This document shows positions 39,181 to 52,720 of a stretch of DNA of 63,785 nucleotides, piece by piece. Position 1 is the stretch's first letter. The number at the start of each line of letters is the position of its first letter. Both the position numbers and the translations under genes were made by a program. Below the pieces are notes generated by a model. That model saw only the letters and a list, made by a program, of their open reading frames with translations, searched no databases and was not told where the DNA came from. The stretch spans positions 175,090,501 through 175,154,285 of the forward strand of contig NC_068982.1 in NCBI RefSeq assembly GCF_001194135.2, written 5' to 3'. The stretch comes from Octopus bimaculoides. Its lineage: Eukaryota.

Positions 39181-39391
39181 CCTCCCTGTCCCATTTCATC
39201 TGGAGACTCCGGGACTATCGAAACAGCTTTCCAACATCGAATGGTATATCATTGAGAGGGATATACCATTGGTATATCCTTAATCACCGGGTACTCGTAA
39301 TCGCTAACACTGCCTTCTTTTAAAAACTGTACTTATTTCATTAGCCCAAAGTATCCATCAATAGGAAAACTGACTTATCTTATTGTTGCCA

Positions 39392-39606
39392 TCTTTATTT
39401 GTTTCGGTTGCCAGCGGCCGTACTGGGGCACCGCCTTGAAGAAGTTTTTAGTTGAATGAATCGCCCTCAGTACTAATTTTTTCTTTAAGCCCGATGCTTA
39501 TTCTATCGGTTACTTTGCCGAACCGCTAAGTTACGGGGGCATAATCACACCAACACCGGTTGTCAAGCGGTGACAGAAGTGGGCAACTGACATAAACTTG
39601 CTCTCG

Positions 39607-39646
<40 letters not shown>

Positions 39647-39780
39647 CGACAGGTTTCATTCAGTTTCCGTCTACCAAATCCACCCTTAAAGACTGGTCGG
39701 TCTGAGGTTATAATGGGAGACACTTGCCTCAGATGCCATGAGGTTGGGAAGCAAGTTTCTTACTACACAGCCATTCCTGT
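39392..39780 (-). mobile_element. SINE family A
   Basis: GGGGCACCGCCTTGAAG..CAGTTTCCGTCTACCAAATCCAC..GACACTTGCC. Confidence 0.8.
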
Positions 39781-40602
39781 GCCTATGCATATAAATGTAT
39801 GTATGCATATANNNNNNNNNNNNNNNNNNNNNNNNNNNNNNNNNNNNNNNNNNNNNNNNNNNNNNNNNNNNNNNNNNNNNNNNNNNNNNNNNNNNNNNNN
39901 NNNNNNNNNNNNNNNNNNNNNNNNNNNNNNNNNNNNNNNNNNNNNNNNNNNNNNNNNNNNNNNNNNNNNNNNNNNNNNNNNNNNNNNNNNNNNNNNNNNN
40001 NNNNNNNNNNNNNNNNNNNNNNNNNNNNNNNNNNNNNNNNNNNNNNNNNNNNNNNNNNNNNNNNNNNNNNNNNNNNNNNNNNNNNNNNNNNNNNNNNNNN
40101 NNNNNNNNNNNNNNNNNNNNNNNNNNNNNNNNNNNNNNNNNNNNNNNNNNNNNNNNNNNNNNNNNNNNNNNNNNNNNNNNNNNNNNNNNNNNNNNNNNNN
40201 NNNNNNNNNNNNNNNNNNNNNNNNNNNNNNNNNNNNNNNNNNNNNNNNNNNNNNNNNNNNNNNNNNNNNNNNNNNNNNNNNNNNNNNNNNNNNNNNNNNN
40301 NNNNNNNNNNNNNNNNNNNNNNNNNNNNNNNNNNNNNNNNNNNNNNNNNNNNNNNNNNNNNNNNNNNNNNNNNNNNNNNNNNNNNNNNNNNNNNNNNNNN
40401 NNNNNNNNNNNNNNNNNNNNNNNNNNNNNNNNNNNNNNNNNNNNNNNNNNNNNNNNNNNNNNNNNNNNNNNNNNNNNNNNNNNNNNNNNNNNNNNNNNNN
40501 NNNNNNNNNNNNNNNNNNNNNNNNNNNNNNNNNNNNNNNNNNNNNNTTGTGTGTATGTGTATGTTGTGTATATGTGCGTGCGTTTGCTATTGTATGTGCG
40601 TG

Positions 40603-40661
<59 letters not shown>

Positions 40662-42240
40662 ATATTTATTCAAGTGATATATATATACATACATACACGT
40701 GTATATGCGTGTGTGTAAGTATACATACATATATATGTACACATGTATACATACATATATACACACACACACATATATATATATGCATGTATGTATACAT
40801 TCATACACATACATCTTGAAGAACACGCTCTCCCAGTTCATTTTCTATATACATTACATAGACGCGCGAGTACATACATAGAACGCGCGCGCGCACACAC
40901 ACACACACACATACACAATACATATATACATATACCTAAGCATCATAAACATATATAAACATATACCCCCATATATATATTTGTGTGTATAAAAGCGTGC
41001 TTGGAGGTGTGTATATATTTTTATATCCATATATATGCACCCAGTACTGCATTTTTGCTCATGTGTACGTGAGCGCACTCATTTGTGCGTACACGCGACA
41101 TATGTATATAAGGAATCACATATGGAGCAAAATGCCGCGACATAAAGAGGTAAATGAATAAATAAATTGATTTTTGAAAAAAATAGGGCAAAAGACACAA
41201 TTCATGAAGCACACGCCGAGTCATTCTCACTACTCTTTCAGTTAGAGTAATTCATGTCGCTTTTCAGAAAAAGCTGATGATGAAATGCAGATAGTATTTG
41301 TGTATCACGCCCCTTCGATATTGATCTGGGTGTGATGTGACCCGATTTCAGTACATGACATTGCAGTAAAAAAAAAAAAAAGAAGAAAAAAGAAAAAAGA
41401 AAAAATACAACTACACACATACACACACACACACACACAAACACACGCATATGCACACATGCACTCTCAAACACACATACTCACACACATTTACTGCGCG
41501 CATATCTCAAAGAACTCGCATGCATAGACACCAGCAAGCGTATGTATGTACACATATATGAAAACATCTATAATTTCGTTTNNNNNNNNNNNNNNNNNNN
41601 NNNNNNNNNNNNNNNNNNNNNNNNNNNNNNNNNNNNNNNNNNNNNNNNNNNNNNNNNNNNNNNNNNNNNNNNNNNNNNNNNNNNNNNNNNNNNNNNNNNN
41701 NNNNNNNNNNNNNNNNNNNNNNNNNNNNNNNNNNNNNNNNNNNNNNNNNNNNNNNNNNNNNNNNNNNNNNNNNNNNNNNNNNNNNNNNNNNNNNNNNNNN
41801 NNNNNNNNNNNNNNNNNNNNNNNNNNNNNNNNNNNNNNNNNNNNNNNNNNNNNNNNNNNNNNNNNNNNNNNNNNNNNNNNNNNNNNNNNNNNNNNNNNNN
41901 NNNNNNNNNNNNNNNNNNNNNNNNNNNNNNNNNNNNNNNNNNNNNNNNNNNNNNNNNNNNNNNNNNNNNNNNNNNNNNNNNNNNNNNNNNNNNNNNNNNN
42001 NNNNNNNNNNNNNNNNNNNNNNNNNNNNNNNNNNNNNNNNNNNNNNNNNNNNNNNNNNNNNNNNNNNNNNNNNNNNNNNNNNNNNNNNNNNNNNNNNNNN
42101 NNNNNNNNNNNNNNNNNNNNNNNNNNNNNNNNNNNNNNNNNNNNNNNNNNNNNNNNNNNNNNNNNNNNNNNNNNNNNNNNNNNNNNNNNNNNNNNNNNNN
42201 NNNNATATATATGTGTGTGTATCTGTATGTATACAAATAT

Positions 42241-42285
<45 letters not shown>

Positions 42286-42771
42286 CACACACACAGATGC
42301 ACAAGCTCACATATATGTATGTGTGAATATGTACATCCATGTGTATATTAGCCTATCCATCCATCCATCCATCCATCCATCCATCCATCTACCTGTCAGC
42401 CTGTCTATCTCTCTCTTTCTATATATGTATATGTATATTTATGTTTAGATGTGTATACGTGCGTGCATGTGTTTGTGTGTGGAAGGAGACAGGTATAGGT
42501 ATAAGGAAAGGAGTTAAAAATGCAAAACCTGACAATTTTTTTTTTTTAGTTCGAACTGCATCTGACTGGTTAGGTTTTCCTAACATTGGTTTCTTTCTCT
42601 CGACGTGGAAAGGCATCATATTTTAGAGAATATGAAAAGAAGGGAAGACAGGACGAGGTTATAGCATCCATTCATTTCTAAGTGAACGAATACGACAACT
42701 TTCAATTAAGAATTATAAATCTCGTCGGATCAAAAGCTTACCATTATGCTTTTGACGATTTTTCATATTCT

Positions 42772-42996
42772 TTTTTACTCTAGGCACAAGGTCCGAAATT
42801 TTCGGGGTGGGGGGTGGGGAGTGGGCCAGTCAATTAGATGGACCCCAATACGCAACTCATACTTAATTTATCGACCCCCGAAAGGATGAAAGACAAAGTC
42901 GACCTCGGCGGAATTTGAACTCAGAACGTAAAGACAGACGAAATACCGCTAAGCATTTCGCCCGGCGCGCTAACGATTTCGCCAGCTCGCCGCCTT
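42772..42996 (-). mobile_element. SINE family B, well preserved
   Basis: Minus strand AAGGCGGCGAGCTGGCGAAATCGTTAGCGCGCCGGGCG..GAGTTCAAATTCCGCCGAGGTCGACTTTG..GGGGTCGATAAATTAAG. Confidence 0.9.
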
Positions 42997-43349
42997 CGTC
43001 AAGTTTTCATATTAGTCAGAAAATCCGAAGCAATTATGCGCTCCACAATTGGCATTAGTAGTCTAAACGGAATAGAATCGTTATCGACTTGTAATCAAAA
43101 TTGCTTAGGTGATTCGATTTGCCTAGAGCTTGGTTTTTGCTCTAAGTCTCTCGCCAAATTTAATTACTATTGACTTCTCTCTCTCTCTGACTTTTTTTGT
43201 GTTTCATTTTAAATACGGACAAGACTATGCATTTACTGAAAGGGAAACGAGATAATGTAGTCTTCATGTCTTCTCTTTCAAACATTTACAGTATTAGGAA
43301 AATTAAATGTATTTCAATTGGAAGTTGAAAGTACGTTGTGAGTTTCTTT

Positions 43350-43441
43350 TTACCCAGAGCTTACCTTAACTTACACACTGAATAGGTTTGTTACCCAGAG
43401 CTTACCTTAACTTACACACTGAATAGGTTTGTTACCCAGAG
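43350..43441. repeat. 41-bp perfect tandem repeat, 2.2 copies
   Basis: TTACCCAGAGCTTACCTTAACTTACACACTGAATAGGTTTG starts at 43350, 43391 and partially at 43432. Confidence 0.95.
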
Positions 43442-45251
43442 CCAACTGTAGCTTACGATATGACGTTTTTATTTTTTCCACTCCGCGTTTACCATTTTAA
43501 CTTAATTTGCTGCTCTACAGCATTAGCTATATACAATGGCTAGTATAGTTGCCATTAATTGTTAGTTTTGCTACAACTATTTTATTAGTACTAAAGCTAT
43601 ATACAGGACTACGTACAAGTGACATAGCATGTATATTGCAAAACTGAAATGCTACAGTACAGTAGCAAAGTAGTAAAACACAAAAAAAATTGAAGTTCTT
43701 TTCCTAAATATAATCAATTCTGACTGCAATGCTACAATATAATTTTATGATGGATGCAGAAATATAAGGAATGAGTTTCATAGAATACTAGCGGGCATAC
43801 AAGGCGTTGAGTCAGTGACACAGATTCGATTCTTGGCCGAGCTATTTTCACTTTACCTGCTTCTTGTTGCATGCTATACTTAATATTAGTTAATGGGCTT
43901 GGAAGTGAAAACTTTCTCCCAGTACTGCATAACGATGAAATCTTCAGTATTGTTACAACCATACCGCAAATGTTCTAAGATTTTGAATGAAGAACCGAGT
44001 AATGTAGTACGCAACCCTGAAGACTTTCTTTACCGAACCACAGTTTTTGTTCTGTATTGCATTATGATTTCATGCGTTGACGTATGAACATCAATTTGTG
44101 AGAATATAACATAACAGATGGAATCCAGTTTGCACCAGAAACAGGACAGCCACATATTTTATCTCTTCGCTAAATATTGAAAAACGAAGTCGAATCCAGT
44201 TGATTGTGAACATAGAGCATTAAAAGAATCTAGCAAACTTGAGCCCAGTGCTAAAATTTCTGTTATTTCACTTCAATCTTAATTTGAGTGGTAGAACAAC
44301 CGTGAGAACATTGGGAACTCTCAAGGATGGGGATGGGGAATAAATTTCAAGGGTGAACTGGAGTGAATTGAGTATTTAAAAGAGTTGCGATTTTTGTTAG
44401 AAATAGAACATTTAAAGCAAAAACAATGCGTATATTCTAAACATATTTTCAAAGAAGTCTTTGTCATGATTAAAGTATATAAGTAGGACATTATGCGATC
44501 AGGTTATAGAAACATGAAGAAGATGTGCCAAAGTGCAATATAATTTTATTACATAAGTCCCCACCTTGAGTTATTTCTAAAAGAATATTGACGCAGAAGA
44601 CTTTAGTCCACGGAAATATAGTAAAAGGGACACGATGGAGTAGAATAAGAAAATATGGATAAACTAGTGTACAAAATTAGTTTCTGTTTTGTTAGAATAA
44701 TTTGGTGTTAGCTTTTCTTTTTACTTTGTAAAACTTAGGGAGGGAAGATCTTGTGAAACACCATTCAATGAAGGGGACACTTTGCTACAAAAATTGAGAA
44801 TGCTTTAGAGTATTTAGTTGCATTCTTTTAAATCCTAAGTTCACTTCTGAGATCGATAAAAAAATAAAAGTAGGGCACTCGATTAAATTGACTCCACCCA
44901 CCGAAAAAATATTTCTAAAATATTAAAAGGGATAAATCTAGTGGAAGTAACTTTATTGCAGAGGACGTGCCGTGAGGCAACATATGTTGATGTTATTTAT
45001 ATTAGCGTCTTCTGAAGTTTGATTTACTGCGTTCATTTTATAAGTATTATATATCAAGGAAGAGAAGATTTTATTGGTTTTGTTGTCAACATAGATGCAC
45101 CCTAGCATAGCCACAACGTGCAANNNNNNNNNNNNNNNNNNNNNNNNNNNNNNNNNNNNNNNNNNNNNNNNNNNNNNNNNNNNNNNNNNNNNNNNNNNNN
45201 NNNNNNNNNNNNNNNNNNNNNNNNNNNNNNNNNNNNNNNNNNNNNNNNNNN

Positions 45252-45286
<35 letters not shown>

Positions 45287-46124
45287 TATTGTTAATATAT
45301 GACAAGATCATTATTAATTCTTTCTGCCTTTACAATGGACCTTCATTTCAACATGGCAACTGGAGAATGTGATACTCTCAATAGCTGTAGCCAACATTTT
45401 CATTCGGAAGAAGATAAAAAGTAGTTTTTGTATTGTGACTAATTAGCAACAATAATTGTTGCGTGCTTTTCATATTGAGCTGAATGTGACAATGTATTAC
45501 TGAGAAGTATAGTGATTCTGTCTTTGTGACACTGAAGGCGGTATCATTGCTTTGATTCCATTAAAGGATGTTTTAAGTCTCAGTGTAGATTCGCTAGAAA
45601 TTTCTGGTTTGCAGGTAGATGACACTTGGGTGCGGAAGCTCCGGGAAGAATGAAGGAGAATAATCTGTGGAGAAGCGAGCATTGTTGGCAGTCACTGTAA
45701 GCTGGTCGTTGATGTATAAGAGGGAGGGTGCGGGCAACATTGAAGATAGCCTTTAGGTTTCACTTTATTCGCTTAATCACTGAATGTTGTTGCTTTTATC
45801 TTACTTCTTCATATCAGTCTGCCAATGTAGTTTGAATGAGTTATATAATAATCTTTTTTTTTAGTTTCTCCGAGTGAGGGATAAGTTGTTGAGATATTTA
45901 GCAATATTAAAGCGTTTTCTCACAACTCACCTAAACCTCGGAGACTGAGCTAGTAGAAATGTTAAAGAAACGGACAAACTGCTTTGCAATATTTGTTCTG
46001 ACTTAACGTTCTGGATTCAAAACCTGTCGGAGTCAACTTTATCGTTCATCATCCCCACCCCCACCCGGAGCACTTATCGTATATACCTATTACATTACGT
46101 CCTTATTCGGAATTTTTATGTATG

Positions 46125-47510
46125 TATATATATATATAATAGAATTAGGTTTCAAAGGGAAAAGTGACTACACGTGGTATAAATAGGGGAAAAGTTAAAA
46201 GAAAAAAAGAGAAAATGCACATTGGATATAAAAAATAAAATAATGGCTTTTTTTTATAAAACGTTACGAAATATATATATATACAATTAGATGAACTGAG
46301 GTAGAATTAAGAGGTATAAAAGTTATTATTTTGAATTATTAAAGAGATTCAAAGTCATACCGGTATCGTCAAAAGCTGTTCACTGGCTTTGAATGAGCAC
46401 CGATTTCCAAACAGTGCCGGGTCAAATAGTACCTGAGTGAAAGGTTACATGCAGGGGAGGTAAGCAGTTCTGGAAGTGGGGCAATTAGTATAGATATAAA
46501 TACTGTAATATGAATGGTGTATGGGAGGTATGGAAATTAGTGGTATTATTGGTAAGGTTAGTAGTGTCCTGTATTATTTTGTGTGTTCATGTTGAGTTGT
46601 GGATGATATTTATCGATGAAAGTTGCCTCTTTATTTATTCTCTGCTGTACTGAGATGTTCTGTGAACATTTTAGAAAGGGAAAATTAAGAAGTTCGGTTT
46701 AAGGTTCCCAGCACATTTTTCTATGTATTCATTGTTTTATCTCCTGTGAGAACGGGTAGATTTTAGATGATGATGTTGAAGGCCTCATTGTTTCTAGGGT
46801 TATGTGTGGAGATGTATGGGAGTATTTTTAAGTCTGGTGTAGTATTTCGGTTGACTTCACTTAATGTTCGTATGTCTATTTCCTTTGCTCGTTTAATCCC
46901 ATCATTTATTAATGATGTTGAGTAATATCTCTTGATTAGTATTGATCTGAGTTGAAGGAGTCTTCGTTCACGAGTATTGGTGTCCGAAACTATGGTACAG
47001 ATTCTTTTCGCCAGATTATAAGGTTTATTAATTTTTATGTATTTGGGGTGGCATGAGTTAAATAATAGGTATTGTTTGGAATCTGTGGGTTTATAGAAGA
47101 TGTCCGATGTGGTTATTGACTATTTTAGTTAGGATGTCAAGAAAAGGAAGTTGTTTATTGTTGTGTTCCATGGTGAATTCTATGTTGCTTTTGATATTGT
47201 TGAGCATTATTTTGAAATCGAGGAGTTTGTCCACGCTATATTTTCAAGGTATGAAGCAATCATCTAAATACCTCTTCCGGTTCTCCTTTAAATAGCAATG
47301 AAATGAGGTGCCATATTTTTGTAGTGATGATTGGTACGATACCGGTATGACTTTGAATCTCTTTAATGATTTAAAATAATGACTTTTATACCTCTTAAAT
47401 TCTACCTCAGTTCATCTAATTATATATATATTTCGTTACTTTTCGTAAAAAGCCTTTATTTTTATATCCAATGTGCATTTTCTTTTTTTCGTTTTACGTT
47501 TCCTCTCTCT
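46125..47510 (-). mobile_element. 5'-truncated Penelope-like element with inverted terminal repeat
   Basis: RYLDDCF (YLDD 47270-47259), DIFYKPTDSKQYLLFNSCHPK, YNLAKRICTIVSD; 46190-46369 is the inverted copy of 47336-47503; (TA)n on both flanks. Confidence 0.9.
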
Positions 47511-47753
47511 CTCTCTCACACTATATATATATATATATGTATATATATGTGTGTGTATATATATATACATAATATATATGTATATATATGCATGTGTATA
47601 ATGTATATATATATATATACACACATATATATATGTATATATATATACATATATATATATACATATACATATATATACATATACATATATATATATATGT
47701 ATATGTGTATATATATATATATACATATATATGTATATATATGTATGTGTGTG

Positions 47754-47802
<49 letters not shown>

Positions 47803-48099
47803 CGTGTGTGTGGATAGGCAGCTAGATATTTTAAACTACGTATGTATAATTTATAATATCTCACTTTCACATCTGATGATTGTAAATGAAATACACGTAA
47901 CTTCAATATCTGAAAGACTTAAAATGGGTATTTATTCTATCTGTATGTATAATGTTGTTTCCAGTTTGTTTTAATGTTTGCTTGACAGTACATATTCTAT
48001 CTGTCTGCCTGTCTATCTATATACACATACGCACACGCACGGCAACACACACACATTTATGCATACATATATATAGATATCTATATATCTATAGCTATA

Positions 48100-48188
<89 letters not shown>

Positions 48189-48730
48189 CAAATATACGTT
48201 ATTAAAATGATGGGAACGTAGTGTAACTGACAAGTGTTGCATGATAGGTGAGATTTATAAATAGCGTCCTACATTTAGATTGTCAGAGAAATCAGCTTCT
48301 CAAGATTTCAAGACAATTCATCATAAGATGGTAGATCAATAAGTCACTCGAGGCCATTTTACTTGTGACATATTCGTAATCACTGCTAAATACGCGAAAG
48401 TTGCGAGACGACTTCTGTGGTTCATATTTACTACATTTTTGAAGCAGCAATGAAATTCTTAACAACTAGGTATTGTTTGTTTGTTTAAGGGCTCGATCAG
48501 CCGTAAGCTTTTTCTTAAAAGGATGCTACCTTTTATTTGTCATCTTTTTTTGATTTAATTTTTTTTTTTACTAATTTTGTCAGAATGAGGGATCAGCGAC
48601 CTTGACAATCACAGACTCTCCAAGACTGGTGGATTCGATATCGTTGATCTTCGTCTTGGTCAACTAGAAGTTAAGGACAGGAAAGAAATATATGGGCTGA
48701 GAGGGATTCGAGAAGGTTGACCCTCTAGGC

Positions 48731-49082
48731 CAGTGGTTCTCAACCGGGTCCATATGGCCCCTGAGGGTTCATGTAAGATTTATGGGACTCCACACAACAA
48801 AATAGTAAAGCGGGCACCCACAATAGTATTTAAAAGGCCCCTAAAAAATTTACTTTAGCTGTATGTATTGGTATGTATTGCAAGAAACAGGTAAATTTCT
48901 TTTTCTAACATTTTACATTGTCCAACCTGCACAAGTGAATGTGTGAAAAACGAAATAGGAATTTCGAAAGAAGTTTCTATAAAACTAGTTTTTAGACATC
49001 GAATGGCTACGGGGACCCACCGAAATAAAATAGTAATCAAAGGAGTCCATAGATAAAAAAAAAAAGTTATTGAGAACCCCTG
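48731..49082. mobile_element. hAT (Charlie-type) MITE
   Basis: TIRs CAGTGGTTCTCAA / TTGAGAACCCCTG; 8-bp TSD CTCTAGGC (48723-30) vs CTCTAGGA (49083-90), 7 of 8 identical. Confidence 0.9.
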
Positions 49083-49450
49083 CTCTAGGAGAAAGGATAA
49101 TTAATGCGAGGCCTAGAATGGATAGAAATAATATTGGGCGAGAAAAAAGGGGTGACACATGAATACATACATTTGACTACTCCAGTGTAAAATCACTCCA
49201 TCAGGTAAATGTTCTATTTATTGTTTATCTTAAACTTATTTAAAAATAATTACCTTATTATTTTAAAATAAAACCTTATTTATATGCATATGAGGAGAGA
49301 GAGCGAGAGGGAGTAAGGGAGAGGGTGAGAGAGTGACAGAGAGAAACAGACAGAGGTTAGCTGGAGAACGAAGACCTGCTAAGAAGAACAAAACTAAAAT
49401 ATTGTCTGTAAAGTATCATTGAGTGTAGCACTTAGCGATGTTGGTTGAAC

Positions 49451-49700
49451 GAATCCAGGTAAAAAAAGTCACAAGAAAAAATGTCACGGAAAAAAAGTCA
49501 CAGGAGTTTTGTCCGGGGTGGGTTTTGTCCGGGGTGAGTTTTGTCCGGGGTGGGTTTTGTCCGAGAGGGTTTTGTCCTAGGGAGTTTTTGTCTGGATCCC
49601 ATAAATTAATTGTGACTTTTTTTTCTGTGACTTTTTTCCTAGCCAAAATTGTGACTTTATTACTGTGACTTTTTTTTCAGTGACTTTATTACTGGTCACC
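49451..49700. mobile_element. Foldback/MULE-like element with tandem subterminal repeats
   Basis: AAAAAAGTCAC-type x3 on the left, TTTTGTCC(GGGG) x6 ending GGATCC in the middle, GTGACTTT x5 on the right. Confidence 0.55.
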
Positions 49701-50220
49701 AGTTGAACATTGTTAGATGTGGTATGCATCCAGCTATGAACGAGGAGAATAGGTTATGGTACTGGTGGTACAAAAGTCATAGTGCGGTGTGGTGACAACA
49801 CATCTGTGAAACAGAGAAGCAAGTGATGACTGTCAGTGAGCACATGACAATAAGTCGAGTTTCTTTCTTATTGTGCAGTTGTAGATGTTCATGTGTAACA
49901 GCTGCTCTGCACAAGATGCGGGTCGCGCATAAACATCTACATACAACTTTCTGTCTTTCTTTCTCTTTTGTTTCTCTCATTCAGTCTGTCCGTCTTTAGA
50001 TCCCTCGTTCGAATAATCGCACAAGAAGCTTTACACATGTCTAACACGAGGATGTATTGAACACTTGTGTTTTTTTCTAGTATAAATGACACATGCACAG
50101 AAATACATATACATGTATATGCACATACCCACACGCACGCGTGCACACACATACGTATATATATCTTCGCACACTCACATTATATATATATGTGTGTGTG
50201 TGTGTGTGCATATATATATA

Positions 50221-50460
50221 GGGAGAATTCACAAAATAACAAAAAAAAAACAACAAAAGTCGAAGACAGGTAGTGTATACAACAAACAGATGTATTAGTT
50301 TAACGCTCGGGAAGTGAAAAAGTCTTTAACGTTTCGAACCTACGCACTTCCACAGAAATGAACACAGAAGAAACAAGGATTTTGCAACGTCATGTACCCA
50401 GATATGCATCTATGTATACATGTAGATGAAGGTATGTACACACATGTACATATATATGCA
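50221..50460 (-). mobile_element. Penelope-type terminal remnant with degenerate HHR motif (50359-50324)
   Basis: Reverse-complement match to 59600-59695; flanked by TA/CA repeats. Confidence 0.6.
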
Positions 50461-50638
50461 TATACTCATATTTATATATATATATATATACCAAGAACCT
50501 TTTTTATTCTACGATATACACACACACGCATATATGGGTGTATATATATATGCGTGCACACATACGGATTTATTAATACAACATCCGTACGTGCATAAGT
50601 AAATATGTTGTCTTTATCTTTTTCATACAAATAGTGAT

Positions 50639-50684
<46 letters not shown>

Positions 50685-50694
50685 NNNNNNNNNN

Positions 50695-50736
<42 letters not shown>

Positions 50737-50779
50737 CCTCTCACACACACAAATATACGCATACATACACGCACGTGTT

Positions 50780-50810
<31 letters not shown>

Positions 50811-52342
50811 TTATGTTATTTATAATATATATTATATACGTATATGTATGCATCATGTTTTATTATATATAAATAATATAAATGTGAATATATTTATATA
50901 TATATACATACGTATACACACACATACAGACACTCATATATTTATGTATGTATGTTTGTATGTATGCATACATGTCTTTTGTAGGAGCTTGTGAACAAAC
51001 ACATATATACACACGCCTATCCATTATGTAACCATTGTTGAACAACACTGGTATTCGCATGACCTAGACGCAGAGTCGTCCTGGTTCAGTAACAGAGGGT
51101 AAGTTTTTTCAGGTTTTCTTTTCCCAGGCGATTGGCGCCTTCACTACTGTTGGAACTTTGTTTCGATGTGTTCACAGACTCAGTTCCTTAGTGCATTGGA
51201 AGAAGAAAAAAAAAAGAGGAAAAAGGAGGTAGAGGAAAAGAAAATTAATAATGCCTCCCCCACTCTCAAAAGTCACCAACAAAAAATATCACCGCCAACG
51301 CCACAGCTACCACTACCGGCTTAAACCACCCCACACGGCAAGAACAACATCAACAATACTGGTACCTATTCAGCGATCACCATTTAGTCCACTAACACGG
51401 CAATATTCTTCACTAACTGTAATCCCCCACCTCATATACGCAAGAGAAAAAAAAAACAAAAAACAAAGAGAAAACCGCCAATATCAACAGGGACGCTACG
51501 TCTCTGACTTCTGACTAATTAACGGCAATAATAGCACTCCTTCACCATAATCACCGTCACGACGACGACGACGACCACCACCGCCACTACCACCACCACC
51601 ACCACCACCACCAACAACAACTGTACAATCTATATGTGCCAACGCGTCATTCTCACTCAAATCAAGCCCTACCGTTTTTAGCCAAGAACTTATTGGGTAA
51701 TATGGTCCCAGGTGTTCTATACTTAAGGAAAAAGACATGGTGGCCTTTCATCAGAGGTCTGCTCGATCAAATTCGGTTCTAAANNNNNNNNNNNNNNNNN
51801 NNNNNNNNNNNNNNNNNNNNNNNNNNNNNNNNNNNNNNNNNNNNNNNNNNNNNNNNNNNNNNNNNNNNNNNNNNNNNNNNNNNNNNNNNNNNNNNNNNNN
51901 NNNNNNNNNNNNNNNNNNNNNNNNNNNNNNNNNNNNNNNNNNNNNNNNNNNNNNNNNNNNNNNNNNNNNNNNNNNNNNNNNNNNNNNNNNNNNNNNNNNN
52001 NNNNNNNNNNNNNNNNNNNNNNNNNNNNNNNNNNNNNNNNNNNNNNNNNNNNNNNNNNNNNNNNNNNNNNNNNNNNNNNNNNNNNNNNNNNNNNNNNNNN
52101 NNNNNNNNNNNNNNNNNNNNNNNNNNNNNNNNNNNNNNNNNNNNNNNNNNNNNNNNNNNNNNNNNNNNNNNNNNNNNNNNNNNNNNNNNNNNNNNNNNNN
52201 NNNNNNNNNNNNNNNNNNNNNNNNNNNNNNNNNNNNNNNNNNNNNNNNNNNNNNNNNNNNNNNNNNNNNNNNNNNNNNNNNNNNNNNNNNNNCCTTGTTA
52301 GTCCCCTCTTTGTAATGCCTTTATGGCAAATATTTATGAAAT

Positions 52343-52720
52343 AAAGTAGCTTGTTAACGAACCACATGGTTCCGGGTTCAGTCCCACTGCGTGGCACTTT
52401 GGGCAAGTGTCTTCTACTATAGCCTCGGGCCGACCAAAGCCGTGTGAGTGGATTTGGTAGAGGGAAACTGAAAGAAGCCCGTCGTATATATGTATATATA
52501 TATATGTATGTATGTGTGTGTATATGTTTGTCCCCCCCAACATCGCTTGACGACCGATGCTGGTGTGTTTACGTCCCCGTAACTTAGCGGTTTAGCAAAA
52601 GCAACCGATAGAATAAGTACTAGGCTTCCAAAGAATAAGTCCTGGGGTTGATTTGCTCGACTAAAGGTATGGTGCTCCAGCATGGCCACAGTCAAATGGC
52701 TGAAACAGGTAAAAGAGAGT
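52343..52720 (+). mobile_element. SINE family A, full length
   Basis: Close match to 1-408. Confidence 0.9.

Noticed and set aside
39195-39235. Hammerhead at the 3' end of the plus-strand Penelope (CTGGAGA..GAAACAGCT)
   Set aside because: The core is mismatched and stem II does not pair; at best a fully decayed relic.
49451-49700. CRISPR-like repeat array (also 43350-43441)
   Set aside because: No unique spacers, no cas genes, and the context is eukaryotic.
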